From a virus (lineage: Duplodnaviria > Caudoviricetes): a stretch of DNA of 31,134 nt. Below are positions 8,293-16,271 of this stretch, one piece after another. The first letter of the stretch is position 1, and the number at the start of each line of letters is the position of its first letter. The stretch spans positions 1-31,134 of IMG/VR virus record IMGVR_UViG_3300020043_008363, one strand, 5' to 3'. A program made the translations under genes and the position numbers. Below the pieces are notes generated by a model. That model was not told where the DNA came from. It was given only the letters and a program-made list of their open reading frames with translations, and searched no databases.

Positions 8293-9621
8293 ATGTTAGA
8301 TAGAAAGACCTTGAACAGCTACGCAGACGAAGTAACCGCGCTCACTGAAAAGATCGGTGGCACCTGGCGTGAAGTGGAGGCAGGCCCCCCGGGGCACGCG
8401 ATCGCCATGGCGCGCAAAGATGACGATGATGTGCAGACCACGATCGTCATGATGGATTTCAATAACTATAAGAGCCTTAGCGTGGAGCTTTCCTGCTTCC
8501 GTCGGCCGGACCAAAGCTCTGACACCTACTGGTCGTCTAAGAAGCGCCTGCCCATTGATGCCGATGCCGCCACGGTCAGCGCCACCATCGCCGAGCTGCG
8601 CACGGCCCTGAAGCCGGCACAGCCCACCATCCAGTACCCTAACGCAGACGCCAAGCGCCTGCCTGTCCTTCCCCACGGAAGCAAGGAATGGCAGCTCGCC
8701 CGCGCCCGCACGATCGGCGCGTCTGAAGTCGCATCCGTGATGGGCCGGTCTAAGTACCGCGGCCTCATCGGTGTCGTTCAAGGTAAGCGGGACCTGCTGG
8801 CAGGCATCGTGGAAGAGAACGACACGCAGGTGCTCTACGAAGGCCGCATGGCCGAGGAGTTTATCCTTAAGATGGCTGCCGCCCGCCTTGGCGTAACGAT
8901 CCACGCTGCGGAAGGCATCGTCGACGGCGCATGCTCGGCCACACCGGACGGCCTCATCCTTGACGGCATTAAGGCGGAAGCCACCGTGGAGGCTAAGCTT
9001 GAACGGTCCGGCGCTGACTGGACTGTAACAAACTTCTCTGAACTGCCCGCAGGCGATATCAGGGGGATGTATTACCTGCAGCTGCAGGCCCAGCTGGCCG
9101 TGTCTGGCTGTGCCTACGGCTACCTTGCCGTCTGGACCACCTACGAGCTTCACGTCATCCGCATCGAACGCGATGAGGAGGTCATCGCAGCGATCCGCCA
9201 GGCCTGCCAGGACGCCATCGACTGGGTGCTTCACCCCGAAGCAGCATGGCCGGAGCCGGCCGCAGCAGACTCACCCTTCAGCGTCGCCCGCACCATCGTG
9301 CCCGCCTCTGAAGAGGCGATGACCGTTGACGGCGAGGTCGCAGAAGCCATGGCCGAGTACATCCGCCTCGGAGAGGAGGCAGACACCATCGAAGCGCTGC
9401 GCTGCGAGGCAAAGAAGAAGGTCATCCGCGCTCACGCCATGTCGGCAAACCTGGTCACCACCGACGGCATTAAGAGTAAGTTCACTGGCCCCAGCAAGCG
9501 GTCGTCCATCGACAGCAAGATGCTGAAGGCCATGTACCCCGAGGTCGCTGCAGTCGTCACCAAGGAATCCACCACCGAGGGCACCTGCACGATCCGTAGA
9601 GGGAAGGGGAGTGCTAACTAG
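8293..9621 (+). CDS. YqaJ/lambda-exonuclease-family nuclease with N-terminal extension
   Basis: EWQLARARTIGASEVASVMG, ATPDG, EAK, YYLQLQAQL. AAGGAG RBS before ATG 8293. Confidence 0.88.
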   Translation: MLDRKTLNSYADEVTALTEKIGGTWREVEAGPPGHAIAMARKDDDDVQTTIVMMDFNNYKSLSVELSCFRRPDQSSDTYWSSKKRLPIDADAATVSATIAELRTALKPAQPTIQYPNADAKRLPVLPHGSKEWQLARARTIGASEVASVMGRSKYRGLIGVVQGKRDLLAGIVEENDTQVLYEGRMAEEFILKMAAARLGVTIHAAEGIVDGACSATPDGLILDGIKAEATVEAKLERSGADWTVTNFSELPAGDIRGMYYLQLQAQLAVSGCAYGYLAVWTTYELHVIRIERDEEVIAAIRQACQDAIDWVLHPEAAWPEPAAADSPFSVARTIVPASEEAMTVDGEVAEAMAEYIRLGEEADTIEALRCEAKKKVIRAHAMSANLVTTDGIKSKFTGPSKRSSIDSKMLKAMYPEVAAVVTKESTTEGTCTIRRGKGSAN

Positions 9622-9661
9622 CACCGGCCCCGAGCCCCGGTTCAATCCCGGGGGTCCCCCA
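9606..9661 (+). ncRNA. tRNA-like structured element (T-arm plus acceptor-like stem), not a full tRNA
   Basis: CCCGG-TTCAATC-CCGGG T-arm at 9636-9652, GGGGA/TCCCC closing stem, GTGCT/AGCAC hairpin. Confidence 0.35.
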
Positions 9662-9707
9662 TTAGTTCACACGCCGGAACGCACCGGCATTCACATGGAG
9701 AGAAAAA

Positions 9708-10016
9708 ATGGAAGATCAGTACGAAGTAGAGAGAGCTAAGTTCATCGCAGCGAAAGAGAAAGAGAGCGAGCTAGAGACCCTGCGTGGCATTCTCGTAGAG
9801 CGCGTGAACGAGCTGCAGGCGCTGCGTGTGGCCATCTTCAAGGGCGCCACGAAGAGCTACGATGACATGATCGACAGGGAAGCAAAGATCATGGACCTAA
9901 CCAAAGAGGAGGATGAGGCGATGGAAAAGTTAGCTGAAGTTAGTACCGCCCTCGTTGGCGTTCGCTGTGCCGCAGGCGATGCCCTGGGCAAGGCCGCAGC
10001 CCTGAAGGTGCGCTAA
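9708..10016 (+). CDS. Hypothetical coiled-coil protein
   Basis: GGAGA RBS, E/K-rich helical sequence, TAATG coupling to the next ORF. Confidence 0.8.
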   Translation: MEDQYEVERAKFIAAKEKESELETLRGILVERVNELQALRVAIFKGATKSYDDMIDREAKIMDLTKEEDEAMEKLAEVSTALVGVRCAAGDALGKAAALKVR

Positions 10017-10351
10017 TGGGCGGCCGTCTTCCCCCCTCGTATCCCACTGTGGAGCACGTCATCCATGCACGTGCGAAGCAGGTCTACGGATCACTCGCAG
10101 CGCTCGGCCGCACCTACGGCCTGTCCCGCGCCACCAGCCATAATCGGATGACCAGCGCCACCCGCTGGCATTTAACGCACCGCTGGTGGGCGATGGTCCT
10201 CTTCATCGACCCTAATGACATCCTGAACATCGGTGCTGCCTATAACACCCCCATTCCAGGGTCGGACCGCATCGAAGCGATGAAGGCAAAGCAGGCCGAG
10301 CACTGGAACACGGAAGTATTCCCGCGCCGGTGTGAGTGGAGGACGCTATGA
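10016..10351 (+). CDS. Hypothetical protein, possible HTH
   Basis: Coupled at both ends. SLAALGRTYGLSRATSH resembles a Cro-like HTH. Confidence 0.7.
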   Translation: MGGRLPPSYPTVEHVIHARAKQVYGSLAALGRTYGLSRATSHNRMTSATRWHLTHRWWAMVLFIDPNDILNIGAAYNTPIPGSDRIEAMKAKQAEHWNTEVFPRRCEWRTL

Positions 10352-10509
10352 TACCAGCGACCTTCTGCCAGAACATGCTTCTTCTCGCAGTCGGTCTGCG
10401 GGTCGCCATGCCGGATAAAGTGACGCAGGTCGACGTCGGCATCGCCATCTTCTGCGCTGCAGCGGAGGTCCTCCTCTACCTGTGGGAGCAGCGGAGGAAG
10501 CGCGCATGA
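10348..10509 (+). CDS. Small hydrophobic (membrane?) protein, 53 aa, below the ORF-track cutoff
   Basis: GGAGG RBS and ATGA overlaps on both sides. MIPATFCQNMLLLAVGLRVAMPDKVTQVDVGIAIFCAAAEVLLYLWEQRRKRA. Confidence 0.7.
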   Translation: MIPATFCQNMLLLAVGLRVAMPDKVTQVDVGIAIFCAAAEVLLYLWEQRRKRA

Positions 10510-10769
10510 GGATCGAAGATTACACTAAAATCATCAATGCGGACGTGGCCCACATCGCAGGCTTCGACCACTGCATCATCGGCATCACGGCGGAAGCCCC
10601 CTTCATCGCGGTCTACTCCACGCAGCGCGTAGTGAAGGAGATTGCGCGGCGCACGGGGCTATCGCTAGATGAAGCCGAGGACTTCTTTGAAGCCGAGATC
10701 CTCGGGCACGTGCCGGACATGGGCGTCCCTAAACCAATCTTTCTGGATGAGGTGTTCTTTGAGCCATGA
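10506..10769 (+). CDS. Conserved-looking phage hypothetical protein
   Basis: ATGA overlap start. The pattern GFDHCIIG..AVYS..EAEDFF..ILG..PIF resembles small proteins I recall from aquatic phages. Confidence 0.75.
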   Translation: MRIEDYTKIINADVAHIAGFDHCIIGITAEAPFIAVYSTQRVVKEIARRTGLSLDEAEDFFEAEILGHVPDMGVPKPIFLDEVFFEP

Positions 10770-11523
10770 TAAAACGCTGGATCCAGCCACCCGGAGCGCG
10801 CAGGGGGCATTCTATACCGCGGACGACGTCATCCTTAAGACGATCCAGCCGTTATTCTTAAATGCCCTGTACAGAAAGGCGGGGGAGGCTCCCCAGGAAG
10901 TTCTAGCCCTCCTGCCGGAGCTGACCTTCTTTGACCCCGCCTGCGGGTCCGGGAACTTCCTCATCAAAGTCATCGCCTGCCTGCAGGACCTTGAACGGAA
11001 GCTTGGCGGACCGCCGCGTGTCGGTATGCATCAGTGCTACGGCATTGAGATCGACCCTGTCGCAGCAGAACTTGCGCGCGCAGCGGGGGCAAACGTCATC
11101 ACGGGCGATGCGTTGGAGATGTCCTGGGACGCGGTGCTGCCGCGTGAGAAGTGCTCTTACATCATTGGCAACCCGCCCTTCATCTGCAGCAATGACACCA
11201 CGCAGAAGCAGAAGACGCAGGTCCGCAGCATCTGTGGCGCCGGCAATGTCGACTTCGTTAGCGCCTGGTTCGTAAAGAGCGCGGACTACATGCAGGGCGC
11301 GGCCGTGAAGGCCGCCTTCGTGGCCACTAACTCTATTACACAGGGCACGCAGGTCGCCCCGCTGTGGTCACAGATGTTCAAGCGGAAGATTGAGATCATC
11401 CACGCGCGCCGGTCCTTTGACTGGAAGGAGGCCGGCGTCCACGTGGTAATCCTATGCTTCTGCCATGAGGACCATGCCCCGCCCTCATCGCAGCGCCGCA
11501 TCGTCGACGGCGACGCGCCGTGA
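10759..11523 (+). CDS. MmeI-like N6-adenine DNA methyltransferase, catalytic part
   Basis: GAFYT, FFDPACGSGNFL (motif I), YGIEID, GDAL, IIGNPPF (motif IV), FVATNSITQG. Likely start is TTG 10759 after GAGGTG (or ATG 10747). Confidence 0.88.
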   Translation: MSHDKTLDPATRSAQGAFYTADDVILKTIQPLFLNALYRKAGEAPQEVLALLPELTFFDPACGSGNFLIKVIACLQDLERKLGGPPRVGMHQCYGIEIDPVAAELARAAGANVITGDALEMSWDAVLPREKCSYIIGNPPFICSNDTTQKQKTQVRSICGAGNVDFVSAWFVKSADYMQGAAVKAAFVATNSITQGTQVAPLWSQMFKRKIEIIHARRSFDWKEAGVHVVILCFCHEDHAPPSSQRRIVDGDAP

Positions 11524-12401
11524 TCTCCCCATACCTCATAGACGGAAGCCGCCTACCGGACCATCGGATGGTGGTGAAGAATGCAAGCCGCCCGATGAAC
11601 GGGCTTACCCAGGCATTCCTTGGCATTATTCCCATTACAGGGAAGCATTACTTTTTCACGCGCCAGCAGATGGCGGACTTCATCGCAGCCGAGCCGCTGT
11701 CGGAAAGCCTGTTCCGGCCGTTCATTGGTGCAGATGAGTTTCTGTACAGAAAGGAAAGGTTCATCCTCCACTTAGACGGTGTTGCACAGGACATGCTGGA
11801 GCAGATGCCATTAGTCCAAGAGAGGATGCATGCTGTCTCTAAACAGCGCAAAAACAGCAAAGCGCCTTCAATACAAAAGCTAAGTGCGCATCCGACTAAA
11901 TATGGACAGGGCCCAGTACCCACTACACCGTTCCTCGTTATACCTAAAACAAGTGGCGAGCACCGAGAATACCTGCCGATGGGCTTCTGCGCACCACCGA
12001 CCATGGCCAGCGATCTGGTCTTTATTGTGCCTAACGCCACAAAATCGCTTTTTGCCATACTCACATCTGCAATGCACATGGCCTGGATGCGACTCACTGC
12101 AGGGCGGCTGAAGAGCGATTACAGATACTCTATAAACAGCACCTACAACACCTTCCCCGTTCCGCCCCTCGCAGCTGGCGACCCCACGTTGGAAGAGCTT
12201 GGGCAGGCCGTTCTAGATGCGCGGGACGACAGGCCGCTGGCAAAGCAGTATGACCCACAGAAGATGACGCCCACCCTCCGCGCCGCGCACGCCGAGGTGG
12301 ACGCCTACGTGGACAGCCTTTACGTTCCGGAAGGCTTCACTTGCGAGGCGGACCGCGTCGTCCACCTGCTCACCAGATACTACGACATGGAGAAACGATG
12401 A
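11520..12401 (+). CDS. MmeI-like target-recognition and C-terminal domain
   Basis: ISPYL, RPFIGADEF, IPKTSGEHREYLPMGF, FAILTSAMHMAWMRLTAGRLKSDYRYS, YNTFPVP, LRAAH..D..VD..Y. GTG start overlaps the MTase TGA. Confidence 0.85.
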   Translation: MISPYLIDGSRLPDHRMVVKNASRPMNGLTQAFLGIIPITGKHYFFTRQQMADFIAAEPLSESLFRPFIGADEFLYRKERFILHLDGVAQDMLEQMPLVQERMHAVSKQRKNSKAPSIQKLSAHPTKYGQGPVPTTPFLVIPKTSGEHREYLPMGFCAPPTMASDLVFIVPNATKSLFAILTSAMHMAWMRLTAGRLKSDYRYSINSTYNTFPVPPLAAGDPTLEELGQAVLDARDDRPLAKQYDPQKMTPTLRAAHAEVDAYVDSLYVPEGFTCEADRVVHLLTRYYDMEKR

Positions 12402-12868
12402 CTTACATCGGTGTCGACCCCGGCAAGAATGGCGCGATCGCAGCTTTAGACCTGAGCGGGGACATCATAGGCATCGCCCGCTTTAGCGACGCCGAGACGG
12501 AAGGCCGCATCGCGATCATCATCGCGGACTTCATCGCCGGCCTGCCCGGGGGTCCCCTCTACGCGTCCCTGGAGAAGGTCAGTGCCGTGCAGGGCAGCGG
12601 GGCCACGGGCGCGTTCACCTTTGGCCGTGTCTACGGCGAGGCGCTGTCCGGCCTGCTGCTGTCCCCCGGCGTGCGCATGGTGACCGTGTCGCCGAAGGTG
12701 TGGCAGCACGACCTAGGTATGCCTAAACGGACCGACTACGCGGCACATAAGCGCGCCCTGAAGCAGGCGGCGGAAGCGCGGTTTAACAGGCGGTTCACGT
12801 TGGATGAATGCGACGCCGTGCTCATCGCCGAACATGCCCGCGTGCATGGCCCGTGGAAAAAAGTTTAG
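12398..12868 (+). CDS. RuvC-like Holliday junction resolvase
   Basis: YIGVDPGKNGAIA, LEKV, FTFG, PKVWQ, DECDAVLIA. ATGA overlap start. Confidence 0.88.
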   Translation: MTYIGVDPGKNGAIAALDLSGDIIGIARFSDAETEGRIAIIIADFIAGLPGGPLYASLEKVSAVQGSGATGAFTFGRVYGEALSGLLLSPGVRMVTVSPKVWQHDLGMPKRTDYAAHKRALKQAAEARFNRRFTLDECDAVLIAEHARVHGPWKKV

Positions 12869-12887
12869 CAAAAGAATACCGCCCCTC

Positions 12888-12919
12888 TTGCAATGCCTCT
12901 ATGATGTGCTATACATGTA
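12888..12919 (+). promoter_or_regulatory. Sigma70-like promoter with TACATGTA box
   Basis: TTGCAA at 12888, TATACA at 12910, TACATGTA at 12912-12919, followed by an AAGGAG RBS. Confidence 0.55.
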
Positions 12920-12941
12920 CACATCATCAAAGGAGTTGCAA

Positions 12942-13148
12942 ATGAAGAACGAAGAAGCCCCCCACCAAACACCGAGAGAGATAGCGTCTGATGAGGGGCA
13001 AGGTTCCCCGACCACGGACCATTCCCTATACACCTTAACGAACAATGTCAACATCATCGGCTACGCCTGCTATGTGTGGGCGGCCATGTTGATGACATTG
13101 CAGGTGATGCGCTTAACTACGTGGTGGAGGCAGCGCCATGAAACCTGA
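12942..13148 (+). CDS. Small single-TM hypothetical protein
   Basis: AAGGAG RBS. Hydrophobic IIGYACYVWAAMLMTLQVM followed by a basic tail. Confidence 0.65.
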   Translation: MKNEEAPHQTPREIASDEGQGSPTTDHSLYTLTNNVNIIGYACYVWAAMLMTLQVMRLTTWWRQRHET

Positions 13149-13494
13149 ACTTGAAGAGCTAGGCCGTCGCGCCGTGGCCTGCAAGCACTGGCACTGGATG
13201 CCTGGCATGCTTTACAACCATCCTAAAGACCGCCCCGATTCTGCATTGCGTCCAAGAGGCCCTAATGCGCCAATCATCAAATGCGGACCTGGCGGCGGTC
13301 TCCCAATCTTCTCCGACCCTGCAACGCTCGGGTGCCTTCTGGCGCTGGTGCGTGAAGCGTGGGGAAAGCCGCATGCTTATGTTGAGTTTTCAGATAAATG
13401 GAAGGTGGCGTTCTGCTGTGATGTTGGAACACACGCTTTTTCCAGCACTACAGAAGCCGGCGCCCTCGTCGCAGCACTGGAGGCAGCGCCATGA
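13138..13494 (+). CDS. Phage hypothetical protein
   Basis: GGAGG RBS, overlaps both neighbours. Motifs DPATLGCLLALVREAW and EAGALVAALEAA. Confidence 0.75.
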   Translation: MKPELEELGRRAVACKHWHWMPGMLYNHPKDRPDSALRPRGPNAPIIKCGPGGGLPIFSDPATLGCLLALVREAWGKPHAYVEFSDKWKVAFCCDVGTHAFSSTTEAGALVAALEAAP

Positions 13495-14150
13495 AGCCTA
13501 ACACTAAATGCATCGTCTGCGACATGCCGCTGTACAGGGAACCGGCGCACCTGGCTAAGATCCGCTACGCCACCTGCAGCAATGCCCACCGGCATGAGGC
13601 GGCACGCATCCTAGGACCCAGCCCGGCCACGATTGAAGCGTTCAAGAAGGGCCGCCAGAAGGGGCATAAGCGCCGCCTGGGGCATAAACACACAGAAGAG
13701 TCAAGAGCAAAGATGAAAGAGTCCCACGTTAAGATGTGGGCCACAAAGGCAGGCCGAGCGGAGAAGCAGGCGCGGGGAGAGGCGCATTACAAGTGGAAGG
13801 GCGGCGTCACCCCGCTCACCATCGCCATCCGCGTCTGCTCAAAGAGCATGAAGTGGTACCGCACCGTGAAGCAGGCCGCAGGGTATACCTGCCAGCTTTG
13901 CAACGTCCGCGGTGGCCGCCTTGAGACACACCACCTGCGCCCCTTCGCCTACCTTCTAGACTGGCACAGCATCACCACCCTAGAAGAGGCCCATGCGTGC
14001 GATGAGCTGTGGGACCTTAGTAACGGCATGTGCCTGTGCGCGCGCTGCCATGCCGGCATCCACGGAAAGAAGTATAAAGGGGCCCCTGTCGGCCTGTTCG
14101 TTTACCCAACCATGTTCCTCAAGGAGACTGATTATGAGTGGAATCCCTAG
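13491..14150 (+). CDS. HNH endonuclease with NUMOD3-like motif
   Basis: CIVC, GHKHTEESRAKM, HYKWKGG, CQLC..ETHHL..NGMCLCARCH. Confidence 0.85.
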   Translation: MKPNTKCIVCDMPLYREPAHLAKIRYATCSNAHRHEAARILGPSPATIEAFKKGRQKGHKRRLGHKHTEESRAKMKESHVKMWATKAGRAEKQARGEAHYKWKGGVTPLTIAIRVCSKSMKWYRTVKQAAGYTCQLCNVRGGRLETHHLRPFAYLLDWHSITTLEEAHACDELWDLSNGMCLCARCHAGIHGKKYKGAPVGLFVYPTMFLKETDYEWNP

Positions 14151-14598
14151 TAAGCAAGAAAGAGAAGCGCGTCCGCAGCCATATCGCGCGGAGGCCATCG
14201 CCATGCGGCGCATCGTCGTAGAGATGGGCTACTGGCTCTCGCCCTTCATGAAGAACACCCCGCTGCCGGTGCTGACGGAATGGGAGAAGACAGTGGACCT
14301 GGTCAAGCTCGCCGAGCAGCAAAGCATGGACACCCACGTCGCACCCCGCCATGCAGTGCTTGACAGGATCGACGTAGCGCCTAAGAAGGTGGAGGAGAAG
14401 AGGTCACACAAGGCGAAACCGAAGCCGCTGAAGACCCTTGAAGAGATACAAGAGGAAGAGCGGAAGGAAGGCAGGGAACGCTACGCTAAGAAGAAACTCC
14501 AGAAGAACATGACCCAGGCCGAGCTGCGGGCTGCCCTGAAGGGCGGCAAGAAGCGGAAGGTCGGTGAACAGTCCCGCATGAAGAACCCCCACAAATAA
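14134..14598 (+). CDS. Lys/Glu-rich hypothetical protein
   Basis: AAGGAG RBS before ATG 14134. Highly charged C-terminal half. Confidence 0.75.
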   Translation: MSGIPSKQEREARPQPYRAEAIAMRRIVVEMGYWLSPFMKNTPLPVLTEWEKTVDLVKLAEQQSMDTHVAPRHAVLDRIDVAPKKVEEKRSHKAKPKPLKTLEEIQEEERKEGRERYAKKKLQKNMTQAELRAALKGGKKRKVGEQSRMKNPHK

Positions 14599-14696
14599 AG
14601 GAGCACGATGACGAAGGCACGCCCGCCGCCCGCACGCGGCATGAGAGTAGAGCGAGACTTAGAGCAAACACACATAAACAAAGAGTGAGATTAACA

Positions 14697-15176
14697 ATGG
14701 GCATCTTTTCAGGCATCGAACAGGCATCTTTCTTCTCCCGCGGCAAGCACATCCCGAAGGGCACCCACGTGCTCACAGGCAAGAAGATTTCCGTCCAGAC
14801 CTCGCAGAAGAACCGCGCGGTCAGTAACTTCATCATGGAGTTCACGGTCATCTCCAGCGACAGCCCGGAGCTTGCTCCCGGCGACACCGTGTCCGTGGTC
14901 TATTCCTCGGCAAACCAGTCCTTCCTCGGCAACGTGAAGGCTGTCGTCGCAGCCTACATGCTGGCGTGCGAGCGCACGGAAGCACCCGCCATCACCATCC
15001 AGGACATCTGCAAGAAGATCAGCGAGGACTACATCGCCGCCATCACGGAAGGCGACGGCACCGCTTATGCAGGCTTTAACATCCGCTGCGTCGGCACGGA
15101 AACCACCATCAAGGGCGGCCCGAACGCTGGCCAGCCCTTCGTCCGGCACGACTGGTTCCAGGTCGACCCGGCATAA
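14697..15176 (+). CDS. Putative single-stranded DNA-binding (OB-fold-like) protein
   Basis: Beta-rich pattern, aromatic C-terminus (QPFVRHDWF), last gene of the replication arm. Function is inferred. Alternative GTG start at 14685. Confidence 0.5.
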   Translation: MGIFSGIEQASFFSRGKHIPKGTHVLTGKKISVQTSQKNRAVSNFIMEFTVISSDSPELAPGDTVSVVYSSANQSFLGNVKAVVAAYMLACERTEAPAITIQDICKKISEDYIAAITEGDGTAYAGFNIRCVGTETTIKGGPNAGQPFVRHDWFQVDPA

Positions 15177-15187
15177 GTAGATGGAGC

Positions 15188-15209
15188 GCCCCCCGCCATC
15201 GCGGGGGGC
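15188..15209. terminator. Hairpin between the convergent early and late arms
   Basis: GCCCCCCGC-CATC-GCGGGGGGC perfect 9-bp stem. No U-tract. Confidence 0.6.
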
Positions 15210-15215
15210 TGCCCC

Positions 15216-15500
15216 TCATTCTTCCCAGTGACTAAGCTGCTGCTCCATGCGATCGACGCGGCGGCTAAGATCCTGAACATCATCAGAGAGCTTCCGCAGC
15301 GTGTCGCCATCCGGCATCTCATCCAGGCGGTGCTTCACCTCCCGGACTTCCGCGCGCAGCTCAATCCACTCCGACTTCGCCATGTCAAAGGCGATGCCGA
15401 GAGCGACTAGCACGATGGTCGATGCCAGCGAGCCGATGATGGTGATGACGCGCCAAAGGGTTGGAAGGCCGACCTGGGCCTCTTCGATGCGGTTAGCCAT
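15216..15500 (-). CDS. Lysis-cassette membrane protein (1 TM + coiled coil; holin/antiholin or i-spanin-like)
   Basis: VITIIGSLASTIVLVALGIAF followed by a heptad-rich tail. Last gene of the lysis cassette. Confidence 0.6.
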   Translation of the reverse strand: MANRIEEAQVGLPTLWRVITIIGSLASTIVLVALGIAFDMAKSEWIELRAEVREVKHRLDEMPDGDTLRKLSDDVQDLSRRVDRMEQQLSHWEE

Positions 15501-15735
15501 GGGCCTTCTTCGCCTCGCGCTCCAGCATCCGCTCCACGGGCGTCTTTAGTTCAATATTGCCTGCTGCGAGCGTGCTAAGTGCGCCGCCAAGGGCAATCCA
15601 CATGGGCAGGCTCACGGCCCCAAACCCGGCCGTGGCAGCGACCGCTATGAGGGGCACGGCCGCGGCAATGATGCCGCCGAGAGCAAGCCCGCCGTTAAGG
15701 GGGCCACGAGAGTGTGTGAACTTCAATGGATTCAT
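15493..15735 (-). CDS. Putative holin (2 TM)
   Basis: Two hydrophobic segments and a charged C-terminus. Follows the endolysin. Confidence 0.6.
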   Translation of the reverse strand: MNPLKFTHSRGPLNGGLALGGIIAAAVPLIAVAATAGFGAVSLPMWIALGGALSTLAAGNIELKTPVERMLEREAKKAHG

Positions 15736-15743
15736 GGGGGCAC

Positions 15744-16271
15744 CTAGATGATGGGGTGGAACCAGCCAATGGTCCTAGAGGAAAGTCCGCAATCGCGCCA
15801 GAGATGTCTTTTCAGGTAGACACCGTCGCCTTCCCTTGAACCAGCCTCATTAGTGTTGCCTTCGATGGTATCGAAGCCCTCATCATCGACCGCTACGACG
15901 ATGCCGGTATGCCCGCGGGCCCATCTGCGCTTTCTGACGCCGGCCGCCGCCGAGGGGCTTTCCGCGCGGCACCAGATCCAGCCTGGCTGTACCGTCTCAA
16001 AGGCTACTTCCATGTCGTACTGCGGAAGGAAGCGCTGGAACTTCTCACTCTTAAACCACATGGTCGCCACCGACCCGCTGCACCAAAGTGGGCAGGTCTT
16101 CGTTCCGGCCGCTTCGCGCGCGCACCATGCAACGAAGGCCGCGCACCACGGGTCGCCGCGGAGGAGGAAGACGCTGCGCTGGTATTCTTCCACCCGGGGT
16201 CCATCATTCTTTCCAGTCTCTTCCCGAACGTGCCGGTCTAACTCTTTCTGGGCTACTTCTTGGATGGTCAT
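15744..16271 (-). CDS. CHAP-domain endolysin
   Basis: PWCAAFVAW (catalytic Cys), GHTGIV (His), TIEGNT. Confidence 0.9.
   Translation of the reverse strand: MTIQEVAQKELDRHVREETGKNDGPRVEEYQRSVFLLRGDPWCAAFVAWCAREAAGTKTCPLWCSGSVATMWFKSEKFQRFLPQYDMEVAFETVQPGWIWCRAESPSAAAGVRKRRWARGHTGIVVAVDDEGFDTIEGNTNEAGSREGDGVYLKRHLWRDCGLSSRTIGWFHPII

Noticed and set aside
8296-9234. 312-aa - strand ORF
   Set aside because: Antisense shadow of the YqaJ gene.
9606-9661. Functional tRNA gene
   Set aside because: Too short, with no complete D and anticodon arms. Kept only as a tRNA-like element.
10669-10758. Longer N-terminus of the MTase from ATG 10669
   Set aside because: It would overlap the upstream gene by ~100 nt and shows no nuclease motif. 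TTG 10759 has a better RBS.
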